Of a DNA stretch of 64,000 nt, positions 9,526-21,966 are shown piece by piece; position 1 is the stretch's first letter; each line of letters starts with the position of its first letter. The position numbers were made by a program, and so were the translations under genes. The notes below the pieces were generated by a model that had not been told where the DNA came from, searched no databases, and saw only the letters and a list, made by a program, of their open reading frames with translations. This DNA is from Betaproteobacteria bacterium. GTDB lineage: Bacteria > Pseudomonadota > Gammaproteobacteria > Burkholderiales > Burkholderiaceae_E. Location: the NCBI GenBank assembly GCA_029979245.1, contig JAPOHX010000001.1, positions 12,678-76,677 of the forward strand, written 5' to 3'.

Positions 9526-10416
9526 ATGACGCGTCTTAGCGCAGCCGATTTTGACCAGGAACTGCTGATCCTGTTCGACGCCTATGTCCATGGCGACCTC
9601 GATCGCCGCGCCTTCCTGCAGCGCGCGCAGAAATTTGCGGTTGGCGGTCTGACGGCCACCGGCCTGCTGGCCGCGCTCAGCCCGAACTTCGCGGCCGCGC
9701 AAGTCGTCGCCCGCGATGACAAGCGCATCACCACGGAAACGATCAGCATCGCCTCGCCCGAGGGCTACGGAAGCATCAAGGCCTATGTGGCCAGGCCGAC
9801 CGGTGTGTCCGGCAAGCTGCCCAGCGTGCTTGTGGTGCACGAAAACCGGGGCTTGAACCCGCATATCGAGGACATCACGCGGCGACTCGCCGTCGATGGT
9901 TACCTGGCGATGGCACCGGATGCACTCACCCCTTTAGGTGGCTACCCAGGCGATGAAGACAAGGCGCGAGGACTGTTTGCATCGTTGGACCAGAAAAAAA
10001 CGCTGCCCGACTTTTTGGCGGCTGCGGCTGCGCTGAAGGCCCGGAGCGATTCGCTTGGAAAGATCGGAGTTGTCGGGTTCTGCTACGGCGGAGGCATTGC
10101 GCACCGGCTGGCAACCCTGCTTCCCGACCTGGCGGCTGCGGTGCCCTTCTATGGCAACCACCCGCCGGCCGAGGACGCGGTCAAGGTTAAAGCACCGCTA
10201 CTGATCCATTTCGCCGAGCACGACAATCGCATCAACTCGGCCTGGCCCACCTACGAGGCGGCACTGAAGGCCGCCGGCGTTGGCTATACCGCGCACAGCT
10301 ACCCGGGCACGCAGCACGGTTTTAACAATGACACCACGCCTCGCTTCGATGCAGCAGCAGCCAGACTGGCCTGGGAACGCACGCTGAATTTCTTTGCTCA
10401 GCACTTGAGAGGCTGA
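9526..10416 (+). CDS. Dienelactone hydrolase family protein (YghX-like) with Tat-like N-terminus
   Basis: LLILFDAYVHG..DRRAFL N-terminus, HENRGLNPHI, GFCYGG Cys nucleophile, HGFNND. Confidence 0.88.
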   Translation: MTRLSAADFDQELLILFDAYVHGDLDRRAFLQRAQKFAVGGLTATGLLAALSPNFAAAQVVARDDKRITTETISIASPEGYGSIKAYVARPTGVSGKLPSVLVVHENRGLNPHIEDITRRLAVDGYLAMAPDALTPLGGYPGDEDKARGLFASLDQKKTLPDFLAAAAALKARSDSLGKIGVVGFCYGGGIAHRLATLLPDLAAAVPFYGNHPPAEDAVKVKAPLLIHFAEHDNRINSAWPTYEAALKAAGVGYTAHSYPGTQHGFNNDTTPRFDAAAARLAWERTLNFFAQHLRG

Positions 10417-10640
10417 GCGAGGATCGCGCTTATAGCGCCGCGGTATCCCGCGAGTTGAGCCGCTATACCCCGCGGTCTGCGCCAGTTCGACCGCAGCCAG
10501 AATCTATGCCGAACTGCTTAACCCTCGGGTGAAGCGAACAGGCTAGGGATTCGCACGCATTTTGTAGCGTACCGGAACACTCCAGGATGGAACCATCGCC
10601 CAGTGTCACAGGACGCAGGTGCCATCAGGAGCCCACAATC

Positions 10641-10937
10641 ATGAACAAGAAAATTGTCAGCCTCGGATTCAATCTCGCGATGATCCTGTCTACGCCCGCC
10701 GTAGCCGGGACGCTCGGAAAATGCGCAACGCCCGAAGCGGTCGGCAACTGTGCAGTCGAGATGGACTCATCCCTGTCGGTGGAGCAGCTGACAGCGCAAA
10801 TCGACTCTGCTCCGCCGGCAGCTGGCTCTAACGCCAGCCTTGGCGGCAACAGCGTCGACCCGGTCTACCGCGAATGGGTGGATTGGGATGGACAGAACAG
10901 CGCCACCCAAGCCACGGACGATCGCCCGTTCAAGTAA
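10641..10937 (+). CDS. Small hypothetical protein (98 aa) with predicted Sec signal peptide
   Basis: AGGAG RBS 8 nt before ATG; MNKK + hydrophobic stretch + AVA|G cleavage-like site; no recognised family. Confidence 0.6.
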   Translation: MNKKIVSLGFNLAMILSTPAVAGTLGKCATPEAVGNCAVEMDSSLSVEQLTAQIDSAPPAAGSNASLGGNSVDPVYREWVDWDGQNSATQATDDRPFK

Positions 10938-11115
10938 GGGTTCGCAGCAGCGAGACTTCGACCGAAAGAGATAAGGAATATTAAACAAGGATCGAGTCAC
11001 GGGATGAAACGTTCCGCGTCCTCCGCCACGTTGCAAGAAGCCTTCGCTCGTAACATGCGAAACAAGCCCGGCCTACGCAGGGCCCATTGCAACGCCCCAA
11101 TCCGAGGACCCCGTC

Positions 11116-11805
11116 ATGGCAACCTTCGTCCTGATTCACGGCGCCTACCAGGGAGGCTGGATCTGGCAGCGCATCGAGCAGCGCCTGCGCCAGGCCGGTC
11201 ATACCGTGTACGCGCCCACATTGGATGGCTGCGGCGAACGCAAGGCCTCACTGCGACCGGGCATCACCACCGAGACCCATGGCGACGAGATCGCTCAGCT
11301 GCTGTACTACCAGAATCTGCGCGACGTGGTGCTGGTGGGCACCTCCAGCGGCGGCATGGCGATGGCGGCGGCGGCGGAGCGCGCGCCCGAGCGCATCGGG
11401 AGGCTGGTATTTGCCGATGCGCTGGCGCTTCTGGATGGCGAGAAGATCCGCGACATCGTCCCCAAGCCGGCCGCAATCAACACCGAGCTTGGGCTGATGC
11501 CATCCCGGGAGGACGCCGAGAACCGGCTTCTCGCAGGGCTGGATGAGACCACCCGACGCTGGACGTCCGAGCGCTTCACACTGCATCCGACCGCGGTGTT
11601 TCACCAGCCGGTGAAGCTGCCCAGGTTCTGGCAGATGGGCTGGAAAGCGTCAGTGCTCTACTGCACCCAGGCCGGCAACCCGGGTGAGGCGCACATCCGG
11701 CGCACCCGCGACCTGCTCAATGGCAGCTGGCACGTGATCGACACCGGGCACTACCCGATGCTCTCGGAGCCGGATGCGCTGACGCGAGTGCTGCTGGCGC
11801 AGTAA
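11116..11805 (+). CDS. Alpha/beta hydrolase (Abhydrolase_6, methylesterase-like)
   Basis: FVLIHGAYQGGWIW N-terminus, GTSSGG elbow, TGHYPM His. Confidence 0.88.
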   Translation: MATFVLIHGAYQGGWIWQRIEQRLRQAGHTVYAPTLDGCGERKASLRPGITTETHGDEIAQLLYYQNLRDVVLVGTSSGGMAMAAAAERAPERIGRLVFADALALLDGEKIRDIVPKPAAINTELGLMPSREDAENRLLAGLDETTRRWTSERFTLHPTAVFHQPVKLPRFWQMGWKASVLYCTQAGNPGEAHIRRTRDLLNGSWHVIDTGHYPMLSEPDALTRVLLAQ

Positions 11806-11821
11806 CACAGGCCGCGCGAGT

Positions 11822-12556
11822 CTAGCCCAGCTCGCGCAGGTCCCCTACCGGCGTCTGCCCGAAGCTGTCGCCCAGCAGATGCGCGACGATCCGCGCCGCG
11901 CAGTCCTGTGCGCTGGCCAGGCCGCCGTCGCGCTTTAAAGCCTCGAAGCGCTCGCGCACCGGAAAGCGCTCCAGCCCGGTCGCGCGGATCTGCGCCTGCA
12001 TGTCGGTGTCGATGACCCCGGGTGCCAGGCTGCAGATGCGCAGGCCCGGCGTCTTGTCGAGCACCACCGCGCGCGCGTGATGATCAAGCGCGGCCTTGGT
12101 CGCGCAGTACACCGACCAGCCCGGGTAGACATGCCGACCCGCGCCGCTTGAGACATGCAGCACGCGTAGCTCGGTATTGGGTCGGCGGCGCGCCGCGATC
12201 GCAGCGGCCAGCATCAGTGGCGCGGCGACATTGAGCGACACCGCGGTCGCAACCGCCGCCACGTCCTGCAGGTCCAGCGGGCCGATCGGCTCCACCACTC
12301 CCGCGTTGTTCACCAGCAGCACCGTGTTGGCGTCGGCCAACCAGGCATCAAGCGCGTCGGTGGCGAGCCACTGCGTGACGGTGCTGGTATTGGACAGATC
12401 GAGTTCAAACTGCGCGAAGCGCGCCGAAGGCTGGCCTGCGAGGTCGGCATTGCGCGCTCGCGCCAGGCCAAGCACCGGGATGTCATGCTCGAGCAGGCTG
12501 GCCGCGATGGCGGCTCCCAGGCCGCGACTGTGGCCGGTGACGATTGCTTTGATCAT
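11822..12556 (-). CDS. SDR family oxidoreductase (YueD/benzil reductase-like)
   Basis: TGHSRGLG, NNAG, SSGAG, YCATK, APGVIDTDMQ. Confidence 0.88.
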   Translation of the reverse strand: MIKAIVTGHSRGLGAAIAASLLEHDIPVLGLARARNADLAGQPSARFAQFELDLSNTSTVTQWLATDALDAWLADANTVLLVNNAGVVEPIGPLDLQDVAAVATAVSLNVAAPLMLAAAIAARRRPNTELRVLHVSSGAGRHVYPGWSVYCATKAALDHHARAVVLDKTPGLRICSLAPGVIDTDMQAQIRATGLERFPVRERFEALKRDGGLASAQDCAARIVAHLLGDSFGQTPVGDLRELG

Positions 12557-12737
12557 GGGTCGAGGCTCTTGTGAGGGGAGTAGCGTGGAATGGTAGTTCA
12601 AGGCGCCAGCAAAAATCCAAACCCCTGACAGCCCGGGTCTGCGTTCTCGCGAAAAGATTTGGAGGCGATGTTGTAAAAGGAGTTTTCGTACCCATCACGA
12701 CATCCGTCGCCACCCTTCGGCAAAGCAGGCCCGCACC

Positions 12738-13370
12738 ATGATCACAATCCACCATCTTGGCGTATCCCAGTCCGAGCGCATCGTCTGGCTCATGGAAGAA
12801 CTGGGGCTGCCCTATCGTCTGCAGTGGTATGACCGCAAGCCCAACAAGGCGGCGCCCGACGACTACCTCGCACTGCATCCGACGGCGGCCGCCCCCGTCA
12901 TCGAGGATGATGGGCGAGTTCTGACCGAGTCAGCGGTAATTGCCGAATACCTTTGCCATCGCTATGCAGACGGCAAGTTGACGGTCGGCCCGGCGCAAGC
13001 CAATTACACCGACTATCTGTACTGGATGCACTTCAACAACAACGCAATGGGTCTTCGGTTCACGAAGTCGGCTCTCGCGGCTGGGGCGTCAGGGCCGGTG
13101 GCAGACACGATGCGCGAGATCGTGAATCGGCGCGAAGAAAGCTACTACCGTTTCCTGGAGAATCGCCTTGGTGAGACCCCCTTCCTGGCCGGGCAGGAGT
13201 TCACCTGCGCGGACATCATGGTGGTCTTTCGCCTGACCACGGGCGTTCTGTTCGGCGCGCGCGCCATTGACGATCTGCCCAACACGCTGGCGTATGTGCA
13301 GCGTATCCAGGCCCGCCCCGCGTATCAGAAAGCGATGGCCATCGCCGGGCCGGCGGCGCTTGCTCGGTAG
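12738..13370 (+). CDS. Glutathione S-transferase family protein (GTT1-like)
   Basis: HHLGVSQSERIVWLMEELG, ESAVI, FTCADI. Confidence 0.88.
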   Translation: MITIHHLGVSQSERIVWLMEELGLPYRLQWYDRKPNKAAPDDYLALHPTAAAPVIEDDGRVLTESAVIAEYLCHRYADGKLTVGPAQANYTDYLYWMHFNNNAMGLRFTKSALAAGASGPVADTMREIVNRREESYYRFLENRLGETPFLAGQEFTCADIMVVFRLTTGVLFGARAIDDLPNTLAYVQRIQARPAYQKAMAIAGPAALAR

Positions 13371-13373
13371 CGC

Positions 13374-14057
13374 TCAACAGAACGGCTGATCATTGGCACT
13401 GGGGAAGCGGCTTGTCGAGTTGCCGGCCAGCTTAGTCATGCACACTGCAAACAGCGGTGTGTCCACCCAATAAGCAAGCCACTCTTTCAGGCGAGGCCAG
13501 GGCTGCGCGTCGAACCAGCGCGGATCGACTGCCGCGAATTGACGCACAAACGGGAAGATCGCGAGATCGACTGCGCAGGCTTGCTCCCCTGCCAAAAAGC
13601 AAGCTGCGTTCAGCTGATGTTCCAGCCGCGCCGGCAAGAGTTCAGCCGCCCGATCGCGATGCGCAACGCGCACCACCGCCGGGTCTTCATCCGGGCCGGC
13701 GTGGCGGTCGGCGTATTTGTATCGATCCAGATGAAACTTGAATTCGCCGTCGTTGCTCGCGAGCAAGCCGAGGTTTTCCGGGGTCTGCGCGCGACCCCAC
13801 CAGGCATCGGCGCGATCCCGGTTCGCATCTTGCGCAAACGCCCACGCCATGATTTCCCAGCTCTGCTCGATCACGAGTCCATCGTGGACCAGAACCGGCA
13901 CGGTGCCTTTTGGCGATGCCTCCCGCAGCGACTGCGGTTTGTCCCGGAGAACGATCTCACAGGCATCAAACGTCACTCCCGCAATGAGCAAGGCCATCCG
14001 GGCGCGCATCGCGTACGGACATCGGCGATAGGTGTAGAGCAACGGGGATGCGTTCAT
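13374..14057 (-). CDS. Glutathione S-transferase with CPYA active-site motif
   Basis: YTYRRCPYAMRARMAL, SPKGTVPVL, FKFHLDRYKY, DLAIFPFVRQFA. Confidence 0.85.
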   Translation of the reverse strand: MNASPLLYTYRRCPYAMRARMALLIAGVTFDACEIVLRDKPQSLREASPKGTVPVLVHDGLVIEQSWEIMAWAFAQDANRDRADAWWGRAQTPENLGLLASNDGEFKFHLDRYKYADRHAGPDEDPAVVRVAHRDRAAELLPARLEHQLNAACFLAGEQACAVDLAIFPFVRQFAAVDPRWFDAQPWPRLKEWLAYWVDTPLFAVCMTKLAGNSTSRFPSANDQPFC

Positions 14058-14083
14058 GAAACGGTGGTGGGCAGCTCGCCCGA

Positions 14084-14536
14084 TCAGGATCCGACCCAGG
14101 CGTTGCTGAGCAGGCAGGCGCAAGCCACCAGCGTGAGTTGCTTGCGCAAGGGCAGATACCAGGCTGGCAACTGCGCGGGCGTTGCCAGGCGCAAATCCTG
14201 CAGCAGATGCAACAGGAACCCGCCCACCAGGATCAACGAGGCAAGGGTGCTGGCGAGCATGGTCGTCGGCCAGGCAAACAGCGCAGGCATCACACTCCAG
14301 ACAAACGCTCGTCGACGCAAGGCCGCATCAAGCCCGGGCGCGATCATCGCAACCCCCCAGTGCAAGGCCCCGACAAAACTCAGGATCACTGCGCCATAGC
14401 CAATCAGCGCATCGGACCACAGTGGTGCATGTGCCGGATCAGCGAACAGCAGTATCGCCAGCCCGATGAAGGGCAACAGGCCGCCATAACCCAGCCAGGT
14501 GACGACAGCAGGACGGCTCAGATTGATCTCGGACAT
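14084..14536 (-). CDS. DUF3429 family membrane protein
   Basis: WLGYGGLLPF, YGAVILSFVGALHWG, WYLPLR pattern. Confidence 0.8.
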   Translation of the reverse strand: MSEINLSRPAVVTWLGYGGLLPFIGLAILLFADPAHAPLWSDALIGYGAVILSFVGALHWGVAMIAPGLDAALRRRAFVWSVMPALFAWPTTMLASTLASLILVGGFLLHLLQDLRLATPAQLPAWYLPLRKQLTLVACACLLSNAWVGS

Positions 14537-14580
14537 GCAATCACTCCGGTGACGGGCGCGGCGTTCATCGCAAGCTGCAT

Positions 14581-14889
14581 TCAGGATTTGTCTGGCAAGA
14601 ACACGGCAGCGCACTGATCCATCAGCCGCGCCAGCTCGATGTCCTTCATCGACAGCCCGCCGACGTCATGCGTGGTCAGCGTGACCTCGACCCGGTTGTA
14701 GACATTGAACCATTCCGGATGATGGTTGCTGCGCTCCGCATGAATCGCCATTTGCGTCATGAACGCAAACGCCTGCGCAAAATCGCCGAACTTGAAGCTG
14801 CGACGAATCAAGCCGCCGCGTTCGTCGGCGAAGGTCCAGGCGGGGAGCGCGGGCAACAAGTCACGAATCTGGTTTTGGGTGAGCTTCAT
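14581..14889 (-). CDS. phhB: Pterin-4-alpha-carbinolamine dehydratase
   Basis: FAQAFAFM, NHHPEWFNVYNRV, LTTHDVGGLS signature. Confidence 0.93.
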   Translation of the reverse strand: MKLTQNQIRDLLPALPAWTFADERGGLIRRSFKFGDFAQAFAFMTQMAIHAERSNHHPEWFNVYNRVEVTLTTHDVGGLSMKDIELARLMDQCAAVFLPDKS

Positions 14890-15085
14890 TTCAGGCCTCT
14901 ATGCGCATGCGGCGCTGGATCAGCTGATTGAGATGATGCAAACAGGGACGGTGGCGAGGGAGGCGGCTTAAAGCGCTGAACGTGCGATTAGTTATGGAAG
15001 GACATCGACCCCGGCTTGGGCGCTCAAGTTGTTTGCGCGATGAGGCAAGACTGTTGGTACCCCGAGTGCGTTACCTCGATCGCGA

Positions 15086-16819
<1,734 letters not shown>

Positions 16820-16822
16820 TTG

Positions 16823-18955
<2,133 letters not shown>

Positions 18956-19037
18956 GGCGAATCGGTCATCAGCAAAAAGAGGCGGCGCGCTGGAATTGCC
19001 GGCTGCGCGCCGATGCCGTGCGCCCGGCAGATGCGGC

Positions 19038-19043
19038 ATTCTA
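19038..19043 (-). promoter_or_regulatory. Candidate sigma70 -10 element (TAGAAT) for metH
   Basis: TAGAAT about 80 nt upstream of the metH ATG; no convincing -35 found. Confidence 0.35.
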
Positions 19044-19125
19044 GCGGCACGAGCCCGCATTTTGTTGCATTGCGACAAATCGGTTCGTGACCCGAAGCGA
19101 TCTCCCCTTGCCCAGGAAGCTCCCG

Positions 19126-20439
19126 ATGAACAAGCGCGTTTCAGGCTCGCTCGCCCGCCTAGCCTTGTCGGCCGCACTGCTGCTGATGCCACCGCTGCTG
19201 GCGTCGGCCCAGGCTGCGAGCGCCCACTTTGGGGCCCGCGGCGACGGTCCGAACGCCTATGCGCTGGGCATGGCGCAAGGCTATCCGGCCTGCGCGCAGC
19301 CGCTGACGCAGGAGCGCTGCCGGGTCGGCTCCTGGTCGGGTGGTCAGCCCGACATCGAGCGCTCTGACGTGGCTCCGGCGGTATCGCCCCGCCCGCTGCC
19401 CCGGCACCCAAGCCCCCCCGAGATTCGCTGGGGACGCGACGACGAGCATCTGACGATCGAGGATTACCTGAATAAGGTTCAGGTGACCGGCCTGTTGATC
19501 ATCAAGGACGGGCAGGTGCTGGCCGAGCGCTATCAGTACGACCGCAAGCCGGGCATGCCGATGCGCTCGTTTTCGATGGCCAAGACCGTCAAGGCCTTGC
19601 TGCTGGGCATCGCGCTGGACAAGGGGCTGATCCGCTCGCTGGACGACAAGGCGGCCGACTACTGGCCCGAGATTGCGCCATCGGCCTATGGCCAGACCAC
19701 GCTGCGCAACCTGCTGCGGATGTCGTCGGGCATGCCGTTCAAGGAGTTGTACACCTGGACGCCGGATGACGACATCTGGGTCTGGGGGCAGGTGCTCTAT
19801 CACCGCCGTAACGCGGGTCAGCCGGAGCGGGTCACCGAGTTCCTGAATGCGCGCACCGAGAGGGAGGCCGAGCAGGGCGGCCGCTTTCACTATGCGTCGA
19901 TCGAGACCGAGATCCTGGGGCGGGTGCTGATCCGGGCGACCGGCAAGAGCATCACGCAGCTCACCGAGGACTGGCTCTGGAAGCCGATGGGCGCGGAACA
20001 CCGCGCGTTCTGGGTGCTGAGCACCACCGACCGGGCCGAGGGCGTGGCCGGCGGCTTCAATGCGTCGCTGCGCGACTACGGCCGGCTGGGCATGCTGCTG
20101 GCCGATGACGGGCAGCGCGATGGCAGCACGATCCTTCCGAAAGAGTACCTGCTTGATGCCACCGACGTGACCCGCCAGCCGGCCGCGTTCCGGCCCGGCA
20201 AGGCAACCCGCTTCCTGGGATACGGCTATCAGACCTGGCTGCTGCCCTACAAGACCCGAACCTTCGCGCTACAGGGCATCCACGGCCAGACGATCTATGT
20301 GCAGCCCGCCACCCGGACCGTGATGGTGCAGACCGCGGTCTACAGCAAGGGCGGCGGGCGGCAGGATCCGGAGCCTTACCGGCTGCGCCATGCGTTCTGG
20401 CAGGGGGTGCTCAGGTCGGTGGGCGGGGTGGTGGACTGA
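19126..20439 (+). CDS. Secreted serine hydrolase, beta-lactamase/6-aminohexanoate-dimer hydrolase family
   Basis: Signal peptide, SMAK (SxxK), FHYAS (YxS), GIHGQ motif. Confidence 0.85.
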   Translation: MNKRVSGSLARLALSAALLLMPPLLASAQAASAHFGARGDGPNAYALGMAQGYPACAQPLTQERCRVGSWSGGQPDIERSDVAPAVSPRPLPRHPSPPEIRWGRDDEHLTIEDYLNKVQVTGLLIIKDGQVLAERYQYDRKPGMPMRSFSMAKTVKALLLGIALDKGLIRSLDDKAADYWPEIAPSAYGQTTLRNLLRMSSGMPFKELYTWTPDDDIWVWGQVLYHRRNAGQPERVTEFLNARTEREAEQGGRFHYASIETEILGRVLIRATGKSITQLTEDWLWKPMGAEHRAFWVLSTTDRAEGVAGGFNASLRDYGRLGMLLADDGQRDGSTILPKEYLLDATDVTRQPAAFRPGKATRFLGYGYQTWLLPYKTRTFALQGIHGQTIYVQPATRTVMVQTAVYSKGGGRQDPEPYRLRHAFWQGVLRSVGGVVD

Positions 20440-20458
20440 TCAGCGAGCCAACGAACAC

Positions 20459-20794
20459 TCAGGCTGCGCTTGGGCCTGGTTCCTGCAGCGACTGCGGGAT
20501 GTCGCGTTGGCCATGCAAGACCCGCCAGACGTCGACAAAGTCCGGCTGCTCGACGTAAAAAACCAGATACGGATAGCGCGGCAAAGGCCCGCTGCGCAGA
20601 CCGGGGAGGTCGAGCTCATGGGCCAGCCTTGGCGAACCGGTCCCCGGATGACGGGCGATGTGCTCGAAAGCGTGCTCCAGCGCTTCGACAAATCCGAGCG
20701 CCGCACGCTCCGAGCCTTCATCCAGGTACCAGGCGATTGCGCGGTCGATGTCGCGGCTCGCCTGCTCGCGCGGTACGACCGGCTTGCGCGTCAC
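20459..20794 (-). CDS. parE: Type II toxin, ParE/RelE family
   Basis: ASRDIDRAIAWY, HPGTGSPR, RYPYLVFY, WRVLHGQRDIP. Confidence 0.88.
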   Translation of the reverse strand: MTRKPVVPREQASRDIDRAIAWYLDEGSERAALGFVEALEHAFEHIARHPGTGSPRLAHELDLPGLRSGPLPRYPYLVFYVEQPDFVDVWRVLHGQRDIPQSLQEPGPSAA

Positions 20795-21042
20795 CCGGTT
20801 TTGCCGCGAATTTGCGTACCACGCAGGCTGGCCCTGAGACTGTCGAAATAAGCCTGGTCTGCCGGTGCCGCTTGCGGCGACGACGCGCCGTCAAGCAGCA
20901 GCGCGCGCAATTTCTGCCGGTCCTGGTCCTTGCGGATCAGCTCGCGCACGTACTCGCTGCTGCTGCCGAAGCTACGCTGACTGACCTGCTCGTCGACGAA
21001 GGCCTTCAGCGACTCGGGCAGGGAAATATTCATCGTCGTCAT
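20791..21042 (-). CDS. parD: Type II antitoxin, ParD family (ribbon-helix-helix)
   Basis: MTTMNISLPESLKAFVDEQV, SSSEYVRELIRKDQ; 4-nt overlap with the toxin. Confidence 0.88.
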   Translation of the reverse strand: MTTMNISLPESLKAFVDEQVSQRSFGSSSEYVRELIRKDQDRQKLRALLLDGASSPQAAPADQAYFDSLRASLRGTQIRGKTG

Positions 21043-21048
21043 TCCAGC

Positions 21049-21077
21049 AGGCTAGCCAGTTTGGCAAAAAATGGCAA
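21049..21077 (-). promoter_or_regulatory. sigma70 promoter of parDE (TTGCCA-N17-TAGCCT) containing a tandem TTGCCA repeat (putative ParD operator)
   Basis: TTGCCA at 21077-21072 and 21067-21062 (10-bp period); -10 lies 6 nt before the ATG. Confidence 0.55.
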
Positions 21078-21161
21078 GAACTTGAGGGGACTAGTCAGCA
21101 AAAGATCTTGCGCAAGGCGACGGGCCGCGCGCCACACAAACGTGGCATTTCGACATCGCCC

Positions 21162-21190
21162 TTGCTTTTTCGGTATTCTGTATACAGAAT
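21162..21190 (+). promoter_or_regulatory. gntR promoter (TTGCTT-N17-CAGAAT) overlapped by a perfect 16-bp palindrome ATTCTGTATACAGAAT (FadR/GntR-type operator)
   Basis: Palindrome at 21175-21190 with TGTATACA core, typical of FadR-subfamily sites. Confidence 0.7.
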
Positions 21191-21214
21191 GCGGCTCCCA
21201 ACCAAGACACGCCC

Positions 21215-21886
21215 ATGACCGAAACCCTGTCCCGCCTGAACCAGAGCCCCGACCTCGTCGACCAGGTCTATCGTGCGCTGCTCGACGCGATCCGCGACGG
21301 TTCGCTAGCCCCAGGCGCGCGGCTGACGCAGGAAGACATTGCGCAACAGCTGGCGGTGTCGCGCCAGCCGGTGCTGCAGGCGCTGCGCTTGCTCAAGAAA
21401 GACGGCCTGGTGATGGACGCGCCCGGCCGCGGGCTGCAGGTGACGCCGCTGGATCCGCAGGTCGTCGGCCAGGTGTACCAGGTGCGCGGTGCGCTCGATG
21501 CACTGGCCGCGCGGCTGGCTGCGCAGCAGCAATATCGCATCGCCCCGGCGCTGATTGCGCAGGGACGCAAGGCCGCGGCGGGGCGCGACATCGACGCGAT
21601 GATCGAAGCCGACATTGCATTTCACGCGGCGATTTACGAGGGATCGGGCAACCCGCTGATCGCGCAGAGCGCCCAGTTGCACTGGCATCACGTGCGTCGC
21701 GTGATGGGCGCGGTGCTGCAGACCACGCCGCAGCGCGAGTCGCTATGGGATGAACATCAGGCAATTGCCGATGCAATCGCCGTTGGCGACGCCGACACCG
21801 CTGGCCGATTGATCGATGAGCACAGCCGCCGCGCTAGCGAGGCACTCGGGCGCCAGCTCAACGCGATGCTCCAGCCCGAGTCCTGA
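21215..21886 (+). CDS. GntR family (FCD domain) transcriptional regulator
   Basis: N-terminal wHTH (LAVSRQPVLQAL), C-terminal DIAFHAAIYEGSGN FCD motif. Confidence 0.92.
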   Translation: MTETLSRLNQSPDLVDQVYRALLDAIRDGSLAPGARLTQEDIAQQLAVSRQPVLQALRLLKKDGLVMDAPGRGLQVTPLDPQVVGQVYQVRGALDALAARLAAQQQYRIAPALIAQGRKAAAGRDIDAMIEADIAFHAAIYEGSGNPLIAQSAQLHWHHVRRVMGAVLQTTPQRESLWDEHQAIADAIAVGDADTAGRLIDEHSRRASEALGRQLNAMLQPES

Positions 21887-21966
21887 TCCAGATCGCCGAA
21901 CCATTGCCCCAAACCCGAACGAATCTCTTCACGTATCCCTTAACAAATTTCCTGAAGGAGCCCCCG

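Noticed and set aside
20459-21042. ParDE as a marker of a prophage or integrative element
   Set aside because: No integrase, transposase, phage gene, tRNA or flanking direct repeats seen.
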